Notes: generated by a model not told the origin, from the sequence alone. Positions 20,152 through 31,049 are shown, counted from the first letter of the stretch. The stretch: 64,000 nucleotides of DNA from Candidatus Latescibacterota bacterium (GCA_965248435.1 OZ252100.1:928001-992000); one strand, 5' to 3'. Translations and numbers: made by a program.

Positions 20152-21153
20152 TCATCTGGCGGTCCCACCAATCCTTAGAAGCAGCCTGTCCTCTGTCTGG
20201 TACGCCTCCTCATCTACCGTGATTTTCCAGATCTCGTTCGGTTCCGGCGGGTTCTCCACCTGCCAGAGGACGGTTTCCCTGAGTGCTTCTTTTACGGCCA
20301 CAACGTCACGGAGGCCCAGATCCCTTGAAGCGCGGGAAAGATCATACTGGCCCAGGGGTCCACTGTATATATCTCCCTCCCAAACATCGTCTGGTATCTC
20401 AACCACTTCCCATTCGTGACCCAAGATCTTAGATATCTCCTCGGCTATCTCGGGAAGCGTTTGGCATTCCATATCAGAGAGATTATAGGCCTTACCCACG
20501 GCCGCATCTGTTTCTAGAGCTGATACGACACTCGCTGCCAGATTCTTGTTGTAGCCCCGAGCAGCTGGTATTCGAAACGCCTTCCCTGGGAGGGCCAATC
20601 TGTCTCGGCCGTCCAAGACTCGCCTGATGATAGGCCACTCGCGGTATCCACCGGATCGGCCGGGACCATAGATGACCGGATAGCGGATCACGGTCGCAGG
20701 AAAGTCCCCTTCTTGACACGCTGCCAGCACCGCCCTCTCCATTAAAACCTTGTCGTAGTTCCGTGGCTCTTCCTCATAAGTCGGAGGATCTCTTAACGGC
20801 GCATCCTCCGAAATCGGTTCTTCTCCGAAGTCCGGGGCGTCTGCATACACATCGCCAGAACTGATGTGTACAGACGCCCTGATTCGGCCTCTGAAAGCCT
20901 CGATCACAGGCTTAGAGTCCGCATCGATCATGCTGAGCATGTCGATCACAGCATTTGCCTTGATCTTCTTCAGCGCCTCCCCGAACGCATCGCGATCTTT
21001 CCGATCACCATGAATGTGCTCACAATCCGGCATAAACGGGCTCTCGTGCTCCCCACGATGGTAGACCACTACCTCGTGGCCACGGTTCTGTAGTTCACGC
21101 GCAATAAAAGGACCACTGAGCCCGGTTCCACCAAGCAGAAGCACTCGCATCAA
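20152..21153 (-). CDS. NAD-dependent epimerase/dehydratase
   Basis: VLLLGGTGLSG, ISSGDVY, RYPVIYGPG. Confidence 0.85.
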   Translation of the reverse strand: MMRVLLLGGTGLSGPFIARELQNRGHEVVVYHRGEHESPFMPDCEHIHGDRKDRDAFGEALKKIKANAVIDMLSMIDADSKPVIEAFRGRIRASVHISSGDVYADAPDFGEEPISEDAPLRDPPTYEEEPRNYDKVLMERAVLAACQEGDFPATVIRYPVIYGPGRSGGYREWPIIRRVLDGRDRLALPGKAFRIPAARGYNKNLAASVVSALETDAAVGKAYNLSDMECQTLPEIAEEISKILGHEWEVVEIPDDVWEGDIYSGPLGQYDLSRASRDLGLRDVVAVKEALRETVLWQVENPPEPNEIWKITVDEEAYQTEDRLLLRIGGTAR

Positions 21154-21914
21154 TCACCCACACGAATTTGACGATCGTCGCCTACAGGATGCCGCATCCA
21201 AACATTTGGATCGGCATAGTATCCCTGATCCCGCTCGCGATCTATTTCTACTGGCTGCAACGCCCCTGACACAATGTAAGAACCACTTTCTGGAAACTGC
21301 AACCCGGTCCACGTCTCCCACTCGGCTATTGCGCCGATAACCACTACTCCTTTGGGAATCACCTTCAGCCTTTTAGCCCCCAGACGCCAGTGAACCCGAA
21401 CCCAGGGATCAAACGGCGAACCATCTTCCCGAGTCCAGCTTAGATATGTCTCGAAGGGTGTAAGCTGATAGGAGGGCTTCAAGGTAGGTCGCACAGGGGC
21501 GATGAGCGCGCTCAATCCGCGTTCGGCCGCCATGTCTGCCATCGCCTGCACCATCGTTCTGCTGTGCCCTTTTCGTCGGTGAGCGGGTGCTACCATCACT
21601 GCCAAGGCCGAGAGCGCTGTTGCGGTCTGATGGCGTTCCACCACCTCTTTCGCGCGGACAAAAATCGTGTGGAGGTCAGGGGGCAAATCTGCGAGCGACT
21701 CATCCCATACGAGGGGCAATGTGTGGCCGACCGCAATCACATCCTGCGAAGCGTCGCATAGAACCAGCTGAAACTCAGCAAATTGCTCGAAGAGGAGGTG
21801 CCAAAAGAGGATATTGGTGTGACGAAGGAATTCCGGCCACGCAGCAACGCTTAAGCGGTGGATCTGGTCCTCAAGGTCTGGCTTCTTTTCGAGAGTGATA
21901 AGTCTGTACGACAC
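21150..21914 (-). CDS. GNAT-like acetyltransferase
   Basis: VAPAHRRKGHS, APVRPTLK, DPWVRVHWRLG. Confidence 0.75.
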   Translation of the reverse strand: MSYRLITLEKKPDLEDQIHRLSVAAWPEFLRHTNILFWHLLFEQFAEFQLVLCDASQDVIAVGHTLPLVWDESLADLPPDLHTIFVRAKEVVERHQTATALSALAVMVAPAHRRKGHSRTMVQAMADMAAERGLSALIAPVRPTLKPSYQLTPFETYLSWTREDGSPFDPWVRVHWRLGAKRLKVIPKGVVVIGAIAEWETWTGLQFPESGSYIVSGALQPVEIDRERDQGYYADPNVWMRHPVGDDRQIRVGD

Positions 21915-21951
21915 AGGTTGATCCTATTTGCGCTTTGCATTCAGAATCAGC

Positions 21952-22735
21952 TCACATTGCTGAGGCTGCGACGGTTAGCCACACGGGTAAACCGGCACGA
22001 GGATTCGCTTTCCAGTCTACCGAGGTTTCATCTGCTCCAAAGTCATATTGGCTTCCCTGCCAGAACCGGGAATCTGCACGACTTTCAACTATCCTCGTTA
22101 TCGTTAAGCCTGCTTCCCAGAGCGGATTCAGCAAGTCTGACAGAGTCCAATGAAATTCGTAGGATTCCTCTTCAGACACTCGAAATGGTCCGGTCTCCCA
22201 GTAAGACTTCTCCATTTCAATAGGCGATACTTGATCTTTCCACGGGCGCATGAATGGATGGATGTCGTAGAAGACATAGGACCCTCCCGGCTTCAGTATT
22301 CTCGATACTTCGCGGAATACTCCGGCAACATCAGCGATCCACACGAAAAAGCCATTCGTGGAGCAAACAAGATCAAAGGTCGAGTCGCCTGCGAACTCTA
22401 GAGATGCAGCATCGGCACGAACAAAATCGATCGACAAGCCGAGCTTCTCCGCCCTACGCGCAGACAGTTTCAATCGCTCCTCGGAGATGTCTGTCGAAGT
22501 CACCTCTGCCCCCAGCCCTGCGAAAGCGTACGCCGCAAGGTTATCCCCACTGCCAATGATGCACACCTGCTTGATCTCCAGCCATCTCTCGAATTGTCTC
22601 TAGAGCCCCGCCCTCAAATGCCAATTCCGGTTCCTTGTGACACCTTCGCCACCGATCGCTGCGATTTAGTCGGTCTTCCCATGTTGTTGCCTGCTCGTCC
22701 CAGATTCGACGGTTGGCTTCGTGCATTTTGTTCAT
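21952..22735 (-). pseudogene. class I SAM methyltransferase split by a frameshift near 22573
   Basis: MNKMHEANRRIWD...EMAGD | KQVCIIGSGDN; reads GAT C AAG CAG GTG. Confidence 0.75.
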
Positions 22736-22761
22736 ATCTGATCGGTTGTGCTGAACTGTTC

Positions 22762-23613
22762 TTAACGGAGAGATGCTATCAGCTGACTCGCTCTTTTGTG
22801 TACACCGTCGGGAGCACCATAAAACACCGATACTGTCTTGCCCTCGCGGTCAAACACAAAAATTGTCGGAACCACAACAAAGTCTCCAAAGGCGGCCAAG
22901 ACCTCTTCTGTGCCAATCGCGATGGGAACTGAATTGTCCAAGGAAGCTGCAAATTCTCTGACGTCCTTTTCTTCAGAATCCACTGCCAAGGCCAGAACCC
23001 CTACATCATCACCATACTCACGCGCAAGGTTACCAAGCCACTTCATTGATCTACGGCATGGCGGACACCATGTCGCCCAGAGTTCGACCACCGCAATCTT
23101 TCCCGACAGATCGCCCGATCTGATAGACTCACCTTTCAGATTGTGGATGACGAATTTCGGCATCTCGTCGATCTCGCTATCTTCTTCCACGCTTTCAGGC
23201 TGCCCAAGAACATCCTCACCGCGGAGCGTAAGATCGATCATTTGCTTGAGGTCCCTTCGATACAGATCATAGCTCCCCGGGATCTTCCAGGAATACTTTC
23301 CCTCTTTCTTCCAGCTGAAATCCTTACGCCGTGCGAGAAGGGCCTCATTCACAAAGACAGCCGGGTACTTCATCACACCGTAGCGTGTAGCAAGTTCAGA
23401 TTCTCCAAAATTCTCGCTGGAAAACACGACCTGCCCACCATATTCACGCACCACTTCCTTAGTCAGCAAACTTGCTGGATCGGAAACGCCTCACGTATCG
23501 GGCCAGCGCACCAGAGTTACAGTAATTGGAGACATTCCCTGGCCTGCGGAGCTCAATGATTGTGGTATGAATCCGCAAGCCACTAACAGAAAGATCCCGC
23601 TCAGCCGTTTCAT
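22762..23613 (-). CDS. secreted TlpA-like thiol oxidoreductase, probable selenoprotein (UGA at 23493-23491)
   Basis: Signal peptide from ATG 23613, in frame via VRWPDT-U-GVSDPA into the WATWCPPC domain; hairpin after the UGA. Confidence 0.72.
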
Positions 23614-23661
23614 CTTTCAACCTCCTCTACAAAGGTGAAATAGCGGGGCAAAATATCTTCA

Positions 23662-24716
23662 GCTGGATTCAATGACTAAGTGCAACACTTGGACTTGAAG
23701 ACTTCAGCTGGTGTTTTGAAGTTAAGACATTTTCTTGGTCGGTTGTTGATCCGGTTCTGAATTTTCTTTAACTCGTGTTTGCTGACCTTTGAGAAGTCTG
23801 TCTTCTTGGGGAGGTATCTGCGGACCAGACCGATAGCGTTTTCCACAGCGCCTCGCTCCCAGCTGTGGAACGGTTTGCAGAAATAGGATTTGGTGCCAAG
23901 CACCTCGTTGACCCGTTGATGTTGGCCGTTTTCGGATCCGTTGTCATATGTGATGCTCTTCCTCATGTGGGGAGGATGTCGCCCAAGGCGTCGATTAATC
24001 GCTTCGGCGACCTCCGAGGGTCCGTTCTTTGCCAGCTTAGCCAGGTGTAGGTATCTCGACGATCGCTCAAGACAAGCGCCAACGGCCTGTTTGCTCTCAC
24101 GAGAGATGATGGTGTCGGATTCCCAGTGGCCAGGTTGTTTCCGTTTTTCGATGTAACGGGGACGTCGATCGATCGAAATACGGCCTGGAATGTGGCTTTC
24201 CCGGTGTTTTCGGGTATGCCACCGCGGCTTTCGTTTTTTGTGAGCTCGGGATAAGCAAGCAACCAGATCCCGCTGCTTGTGCACCTTTGGATCGTAGATA
24301 TACTGGTAGATGGCTTCGTGGCTGATACCCGCGCTCGGACGCTCCTCGGGAAGCCTCCCAGCGATCAACTCGGGAGACCATCCTTGCTTGAGTTTGGTCT
24401 CGACATATCGCCGGATAACCGGATTCTTCAGCCGTTTCCGCTTGCCGGCCTCCCGCTTACGTTTCTCAGCCCTTCTGTGAGCCTGGAGGCCCGAGTAACT
24501 CTCAGCTATCGGGGACGGATTACGTTTCAACTCTCTTGAAATCGTGCTGGCGCTCCGGTCAAGGGCCTTGGCAATATCTCTAAGGCTTGCACCAGTGGCT
24601 CGACAAAGCGCAATCTGCTCGCGTTCGTCTATCGTAAGATGCTTGTAATTGTTTCCCATACACTTAGGATAGGACAGTTGCTACCCTAAGTGTTGCACTT
24701 CCTTATTGAACTCGGG
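23662..24716 (-). mobile_element. IS30-family insertion sequence
   Basis: Imperfect IRs sharing ttcaat..aagtgcaacactt; TCA duplicated at 23659-61 and 24717-19. Confidence 0.9.
23676..24659 (-). CDS. IS30-family transposase
   Basis: STISRELKRN, WSPELIAG, GHWESD, DNGSE, WERGAVEN, NNRPRKCL. Confidence 0.95.
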   Translation of the reverse strand: MGNNYKHLTIDEREQIALCRATGASLRDIAKALDRSASTISRELKRNPSPIAESYSGLQAHRRAEKRKREAGKRKRLKNPVIRRYVETKLKQGWSPELIAGRLPEERPSAGISHEAIYQYIYDPKVHKQRDLVACLSRAHKKRKPRWHTRKHRESHIPGRISIDRRPRYIEKRKQPGHWESDTIISRESKQAVGACLERSSRYLHLAKLAKNGPSEVAEAINRRLGRHPPHMRKSITYDNGSENGQHQRVNEVLGTKSYFCKPFHSWERGAVENAIGLVRRYLPKKTDFSKVSKHELKKIQNRINNRPRKCLNFKTPAEVFKSKCCT

Positions 24717-25742
24717 TCAATGATTACCGCCGCCAGTTTGAGGTCCTTATCGTTCTGATCGCCGAGGCCTGACCTGTCGAGCGCTGCCTTCCCTATTTGA
24801 AGATACAGCTGACCGATACTCTGATCGATCTCGCTTGAAGATAAACGCGCCTTGGCCAACTCATACGCTTCAAGCAGGGGGGCAACTGCAGAAGTGTCAG
24901 GTGATGCGCGAACCAACTCCCCGAATCGGAGGTGTGCTTCTAAATACTTGTAGAATGCGCCGTAAAGCAGTCCTTTCTGATCTAACTCGCGTGCAGTCTT
25001 CAACGTAGAATTTACCACATTGTAGGGCACGTGTCCTTCCGGGTCTTTATCCTCAAGCTCTCGATTTCGATCGATTAGCGCGCCCTCCAGTATGGCCAGC
25101 TCAGGTTCCATAGACCGAAGCGTAAGCGAAGCAGATCCGTCGTCGAACTCAAGACCCTGACAATAGATAGCAAAGTCGAGGTCCGGCTCGGACATGCCTA
25201 TGTAGTAAAGGCCTGGGGAAATTCTGAATCTCATACCATAAAATCCCCCACCTGTATAGTGCCTGTCGCTCAAGAAACGGGAGACCTGTGCCAACGCCTT
25301 TACGGCCGAAGGGAGACTCACCTCTGAAACATCCACGAGCAGCTTCTGCTTCGCCTTCAACCTTTCGCCAAGCTTCTCCCACTCGCGTTGAAAGGCGGCA
25401 ACTCCTTGATTCTCCGAATCCCGTTCAGGATCATAGATCGTCTTTCGGTGGTCAAGATGCGTCGGAGTCATCACGTTGACCCATCCACGTCTCAGCTCTT
25501 GCAAGCTCAAATAGAGATGGCCAGACGCTAACGCCGTTTCCACATCGGTCAATCGCGCCAAACCCTTCTCCTTCGTCTTGCGCCACCAATTCTCACCTGA
25601 TTTGTCAAGATCCGTCTGCTGCCTGAGCTGGTCTATCTGGACAGCGATCTGATCCCCCACGCGCGGCTTCTGACAGGAGCCCGCTAGGACCAGGAGCAGG
25701 GAACATCCAATAGCACGCAATCTCAATTGATATCGTCTCATC

Positions 25743-26483
25743 TCACTCCTGGCTCCGAAGTTTCTCGATCTGTTTCGCGACGAATTTCGCTCGAGGCATG
25801 ATCTCTAGGGCCTTTTCAAAGCTTTGAAGTGCACTCTCCCGATCTCCCCCCCTCTCGAGGAGGAATCCAAGGTTCAGATGGGTCCCGAAAGATTCAGGAA
25901 AGTGCTCCAGATTCACCTTTAAGAGCGCTTCCGCCAATCCGGCCTCACCCAATTCCTCAAAGTGATGAGAGATAGGCCAGAGAGCCTTCTCGCCGAAGTC
26001 GTAACCGGCGCGTCCGTAGTATTTTTTTCGAAGCTGCCGGTACCTTGTCAACGTAGAGTCTTCTCCTCCTGCTGCCATCGTTTCTTCCAAAACCTGCATC
26101 AGGGTCTGGGGTCGCGTGTGTCCGCGGTGACAGGTCTCGCAGGTGACATCGAGCAAATCGGTGCGCCCTGTCTTCGTTAACAGTTCAGTGTTGATCGCCA
26201 GGGTCATTCGCATCATCGCCCGAGCGACCTTCTTGGTCTCCTTCTCGTCCAAAGCATAAGCCATCTTTCTTGGGTTGCTGGGGTCTTTGACGTGGCAGTG
26301 TGAGCAGTTCACGCCGAGCCCCTGAGTGAATGCATTCATCACCTTATGGATTATCTTGAGGTCTGTACCGGCTGGAATAACTTCAAGGTTGGTTGCCACG
26401 TAGTCTTCTGATGCGTTGACAGGCACCCACACTAAGGCAACGAGAACTCCGATGTTAACAAAACGAGCCAAGTTGCTCATCAT
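25743..26483 (-). CDS. diheme c-type cytochrome with C-terminal TPR
   Basis: Signal peptide, CSHCH and CETCH, TPR-like tail. Confidence 0.82.
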   Translation of the reverse strand: MMSNLARFVNIGVLVALVWVPVNASEDYVATNLEVIPAGTDLKIIHKVMNAFTQGLGVNCSHCHVKDPSNPRKMAYALDEKETKKVARAMMRMTLAINTELLTKTGRTDLLDVTCETCHRGHTRPQTLMQVLEETMAAGGEDSTLTRYRQLRKKYYGRAGYDFGEKALWPISHHFEELGEAGLAEALLKVNLEHFPESFGTHLNLGFLLERGGDRESALQSFEKALEIMPRAKFVAKQIEKLRSQE

Positions 26484-26513
26484 ATTCCTCCTTACCAGTA
26501 ATATGCCTCGTCT

Positions 26514-27056
26514 TTACTTGACGAGTGAGCTAAACAACCGAAGCTCGTTCCTTTGGGCCTCTGACAACCGCAATTCTTTGTTCGCCTGGTCAGGGTATAT
26601 CTCTGCTTGATCCCACTGTTCATTAATAATGCTGGTGGCAATCCCGATCTTGACTCCTCTATTTCGAAGCTCTGCCACGAGTTCTTGTGCATTTAAAAGA
26701 AACACCCAATCAATGTGCCAGGGTCGAGCTTCTCCGCGCGAAGTCATCGATTCTGCCTTCGGACCCGTGAATACCAGATAGTAGTCGGGCAAGGCATCTT
26801 CTCGTATATCGAGCAGACCTTCTCGCTTTGCGTAAAACTTGATATTTACTGTCTTTCCATTGAGGGAACCTTCTTCGAACACACCATCGATGCCCTTGAC
26901 TGTGGCAGACTCCTCAAGTCGAATGTTAAAGACTTTCGAAGCTACATACTCTCCGACATGACCGATCTGAGCAGGCCTACCGATGATTCGGGTGGTTTCT
27001 CGAGCGACCTGATTGCGCTGCCTAATGAGATCTGCAAGCTCCTCGATATCGCTCAC
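26514..27056 (-). CDS. hypothetical protein, possible PD-(D/E)xK-like nuclease fold
   Basis: GHVGEYVA...GIDG...VNIKFY. Confidence 0.5.
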   Translation of the reverse strand: MSDIEELADLIRQRNQVARETTRIIGRPAQIGHVGEYVASKVFNIRLEESATVKGIDGVFEEGSLNGKTVNIKFYAKREGLLDIREDALPDYYLVFTGPKAESMTSRGEARPWHIDWVFLLNAQELVAELRNRGVKIGIATSIINEQWDQAEIYPDQANKELRLSEAQRNELRLFSSLVK

Positions 27057-27318
27057 TCAACCTCTCTCCTTGAACGTTCCTCTCCTCTGTAGAGCTGATG
27101 GGGGCCTCGATTCAACTTGCTGAGGGCCAAATCTCAAATCCGCTCAGATTTCGTCATTCTGAGACCTCTACCCGTCACTAGAATCAAAAAGACCTTGAGC
27201 CAGAGGTCATAAAACGCGGAAATTTCGTCGTTCTCGACGCAATCTATATCTGAACAGGGGCACCCTGGAGATCTCACGGGAGAGAACGAGAATCTGTCGC
27301 TAAGCATTGATGGCCTGA

Positions 27319-27942
27319 TTAAGGAACGAACCCAAACGTGTTCTCGACCACTCCTGGAGTCAAGCTGTAGATAGAACAACCAATGGCTTCTTCAAAATCC
27401 TTCTGGATTTGAAAAATCGCCTTCCATTTCGTGATCATTTGATCAGACCCCCAATTACCATCAGACCGAATCGCTCCATCCACCATTCTTTTCTCAAGCA
27501 GACAGAAGCCCGTTGGCAATGCAAGATCGTCACATAGTTGTAGCAACCTGTCATAGTCGTTATACTCAATCTCATCCAAGAAATCTCGCACCACCTTGCA
27601 GTCGGCCTCCGTGCAATCCCATTTCGCGAAGTCAAGCCTCACCTCCTTGCATGGAAACGAGTGAGTCAGACAGACGCGAGCGGCGTCCGCAAAGCCTTCG
27701 CCAGTCAAGAATTTGTAACCCTCCACAATGTGACGCATCCCCACCCGACCCACGCGCCGCCCTATGTCGTGCAGAATCCCCAGAATGTGAGCAGTTTCTG
27801 AATTAAGGTCTTCGTGTTTGGCTGCGATGGCTCTGGCAGCTTTGGCTACAACCATAGAGTGGTCCACCCACTTTCCGGGATTGAGCCTTTCTGCTTCTCT
27901 GAGGTAATTCTGTGCTTGATCCAGAGTTGGCACGCGAGTCAT
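27319..27942 (-). CDS. HD domain phosphohydrolase
   Basis: HS..VA, LHDIGR; ATG 27942. Confidence 0.85.
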   Translation of the reverse strand: MTRVPTLDQAQNYLREAERLNPGKWVDHSMVVAKAARAIAAKHEDLNSETAHILGILHDIGRRVGRVGMRHIVEGYKFLTGEGFADAARVCLTHSFPCKEVRLDFAKWDCTEADCKVVRDFLDEIEYNDYDRLLQLCDDLALPTGFCLLEKRMVDGAIRSDGNWGSDQMITKWKAIFQIQKDFEEAIGCSIYSLTPGVVENTFGFVP

Positions 27943-27955
27943 TAGCACTCCGATG

Positions 27956-28037
27956 AAATAACGTTCCAGGCACTTGCGCGAACCCCGGAGGGGTTGGTCG
28001 AGGCCGGACGGCCTGAGCCGCAAGTGCTATGTTATAA
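27956..28037 (-). repeat. attC-like site
   Basis: AAATAAC..gcacttgcg...cgcaagtgc..GTTATAA. Confidence 0.85.
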
Positions 28038-28157
28038 GCCGTGCCGGTTATCAATCATTACTCCTGCAAGTAACAGAAATATCTTCATAAAGAAAGATTT
28101 TCTTGGCATAATGGTGCTTTAGTTATAGAAGGCCTTCTGAGCTGCTAAGGATGTGAG

Positions 28158-29315
28158 ATGGAAGAGCTGAAAGCACTGGTCAAACTGGCGCAAGCTGGTG
28201 ATCTGAAGGCGTATGACAAGATTGTCGATCGCTTCCAGGACATGGCTATGGGATATGCCTACTCACTACTGGGAGACTTTCATCTGGCTGAGGATGCATC
28301 TCAAGACGCCTTTGTTGAAGCGTATCTGTACCTGGCTAAGTTACAAGATCCTTCAGCCTTTCCGGGTTGGTTTCGACGCATTGTGTTCACACGCTGTAAC
28401 CGGATAACTCGTAAGAAGCGGATTGCCATGGTGGATCTGGAAGTCGCTAGCGAGACTTTGTCAGATGAAAAGGGACCTGAGCAGCTTCTGGAAGAGCAAG
28501 TACTGAAAGACCAGGTCCTACAGATTATCCGCGCTTTGCCAGAGGCTCAACGTACTGTTGTGATGCTCTTCTACATCTCCGAACTCTCTCAAAAAGAGAT
28601 TTCTGCTTTTCTGGAGATACCCATAACTACGGTCAACAACCGGCTCAACGTCTCCAGGAAACGACTGAAAGAGGAGATACTGAATATGGCAACCGAAGAC
28701 TTACAAGCACAGAATCCCTCCAGGGATCGAATATTCGCGGAAAAGGTACAGAATCACCTGCAAGTCATTAGGAGCATTCACAATGAATATGCTTCGCGCC
28801 TAACAGATCTTTTCTCTCGTTCGCTAGGTAGAAAAGTGGATCTTACAGCATTAGCCGTGGAGCAGTCCACCTACGATGCGTTCATCCAATCACTGCCAAA
28901 GCCATGTTGCGCATACACCTTCTCGTTCAACATACCGACTCAGAAGGATGGCGGATGGGTCATCCTTGATTTGTCGAGACCCTTTGGTTGCGCGCTTGCA
29001 GGCAGAACTACCGAATCGGGGAATACACCTACGGAATTAAGCATTAATGAACGCAATAGGCTTGGCCCGATTATCACCAATTTGGTGGCCAACTTTGGCA
29101 TAATTTGGAAATTTCCACCCGGTGTCCTATCAGACGCCTATATACATGAGGACCCAGAAGAACTACCGTCGTATCCTCACGCAGATCGGGAAGAACCTAT
29201 AATCCAGGCAAAACTGATGATCGAGGCCGATGGGCTTTCGGGTATTGCCGGACTATGTTATCCAGCCAACACAATTGAAAAGGTGATTTTGCCCTATCTT
29301 GATCAAAGAGTATAG
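28158..29315 (+). CDS. ECF sigma factor with C-terminal FliM-middle-like domain (inverted cassette)
   Basis: Paralog of 18970; tail IHNEYASRLTDLFSRSLGRKV...VEQSTYDAFIQSLPKP...GLCYP. Confidence 0.87.
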   Translation: MEELKALVKLAQAGDLKAYDKIVDRFQDMAMGYAYSLLGDFHLAEDASQDAFVEAYLYLAKLQDPSAFPGWFRRIVFTRCNRITRKKRIAMVDLEVASETLSDEKGPEQLLEEQVLKDQVLQIIRALPEAQRTVVMLFYISELSQKEISAFLEIPITTVNNRLNVSRKRLKEEILNMATEDLQAQNPSRDRIFAEKVQNHLQVIRSIHNEYASRLTDLFSRSLGRKVDLTALAVEQSTYDAFIQSLPKPCCAYTFSFNIPTQKDGGWVILDLSRPFGCALAGRTTESGNTPTELSINERNRLGPIITNLVANFGIIWKFPPGVLSDAYIHEDPEELPSYPHADREEPIIQAKLMIEADGLSGIAGLCYPANTIEKVILPYLDQRV

Positions 29316-29343
29316 ATTCCATAATCGTCTAAAACCGGCTGGC

Positions 29344-29426
29344 TTATAACGTGTTCCCCGAACCTGGCGAAGCCAGGTTGTAGCGAAGGCGCGTATGCGC
29401 CGAAGCCGGGTGTACTCGTGTTAAGC
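29344..29426 (-). repeat. attC-like site
   Basis: TTATAAC...gaacctggc gaa gccaggtt...GTTAAGC. Confidence 0.75.
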
Positions 29427-29978
29427 GCTGGTGCAGCCCTACTGCGGAGCTTTAGGTAGCTTTCTCAGTTCAATTCTGAGGCGCTCCAGGCTGTCCTGAG
29501 GCCATGCCTTGTTTCTGTCGTATCCTTCTTCAAACTGGGGGACATGAGCCGGCAGCTCAAGCCAGGCGTGCTTTTCTTTGGTCCAAATGTGTGCATTTAT
29601 CTCAAGAACCCTCATGTCGTCCAACGTTCGCGATCTCAATAGAGCAGTGGCCGGGTGATTAGTAGCAGTCCTGTAGATAACATCCTCGCAGGATTCGCAG
29701 AGGAACGTCGTTCGATGCGCCGCAATACGCTCCGAGACAAGTTTGCCCTGATCGAATCTAAGATCGCTTTCAAGAACGATGGTCGTAATCCCGAAGGCGG
29801 AACCGGAAGCCTTCTGACAGTCTAGGCAATGACATGCGTGCACAAAAAGAGGCGGGTTCCCAAGTCTGTATCGCACCTCTCCGCAGCTACAGCCACCGGA
29901 GAACTGGCAGTTCTTAGTCATACGCTCCTCCAGGTCAAGCCTGTCCCGCCATCAATCCGCTCTACGCGCGGGTTTGCC
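29388..29978. repeat. 591 bp direct repeat of 36254-36844
   Basis: Offset 6866 bp; two substitutions seen. Confidence 0.92.
29439..29921 (-). CDS. GFA family protein (copy 1)
   Basis: GGCSCG, CHCLDCQK, CESC. Confidence 0.88.
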   Translation of the reverse strand: MTKNCQFSGGCSCGEVRYRLGNPPLFVHACHCLDCQKASGSAFGITTIVLESDLRFDQGKLVSERIAAHRTTFLCESCEDVIYRTATNHPATALLRSRTLDDMRVLEINAHIWTKEKHAWLELPAHVPQFEEGYDRNKAWPQDSLERLRIELRKLPKAPQ

Positions 29979-30034
29979 CGAATCCCCCCCTCACATCCTT
30001 CGATTAGCCGTGCGTTGTCAAGTTGAGCGATATG

Positions 30035-30927
30035 TTATACCGACCACTCGATGCCATCGAATGCTGCCCGCTGCGCATCGAAGAAGTGCCACCACTTGTC
30101 TAGCCACGGTTCATCAATCCCGCTACCCTTCGCGCAATCCACAATGACAGCTCTTATATTTCTCAGTTGAGTTGAGATCGCGTTCTCTTTCTCAGGTCCC
30201 ATCAACGATTCCGGGTCTGATTGAACGAGGTCAAGGATTCGGTCGACGCCCTCGAGCACCCGTGACCCGGTCGGCGAGAGCGCAGCAGCGACGTAAAGCC
30301 ACTTTGAGTATGGGAAGACTCTTCCATCTATCACAAGAGCGCAACGAATCGAATAGTTGATGGTCTCGAGTACACTGCTGAGAGCTGACAGCCGGTCGTT
30401 TCGATCCATGGGGTTATCTGCGTTACGATGAAAGCCTCTCATCTCAACATAGTTGAACAGCAGTGCTGCCCGTCGTAATTTCTCGTGCATTGGCAGACAA
30501 GCTCGGCTTTGGATTGCATCAAATCGACCGCTCGGATCGAGAACAGCCACTGCGTGTTGGAGTTCGTAGATGCTCTCAAGCTCTGGTGTGGCAAACGCAT
30601 TGTGGATGTCCGCAAACGACGTGACGTTGAGGTGACCGGGCTTGCCGTTGATGATCACGCCTACAAACCTGGATGGTGAAAGCGAATCGAATCGAGTTGC
30701 ACTTTCGTCATCCATCAGTAGGTAGAAGTCGAGGTCCGATGAAGGATCATCAACGTTGCGGGTGGTCGATCCATGAAGCACTACACATCATCACCAAAAG
30801 CTGAAAGGACGGGCGGTCGCTCTTTCGAGGCGAAGAATTTGCGCGACTGGGCCACCCACTTGGATCGGTTCTCGCCGGTGCCGTTTTCGCGATACGAATT
30901 GATTAGCTTCCCGAATGTATTGTCCAT
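30035..30927 (-). pseudogene. nucleotidyltransferase-domain protein, probable frameshift at ~30785
   Basis: MDNTFGK...FGDDV | VVLHGS...SDLDF; one extra base joins the frames. Confidence 0.6.
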
Positions 30928-31049
30928 GATGTGCGATTACGCCACGAAGCTGTGGTCGGTATAACTAGTGTTTGAACGGCGAATATGCAGCACATCTCGC
31001 GATATTCTGGAGATATACTGCAAGGTTCTGATTTCACTTTTCCCATTTC

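Larger units (their letters stand above)
23610..25741 (-). pseudogene. putative lipoprotein interrupted near its C-terminus by IS30
   Basis: LAGSC lipobox; removing the IS plus one TCA copy restores AAVIIEDILPRYFTFVEEVER*, whose stop overlaps the next ATG. Confidence 0.75.
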
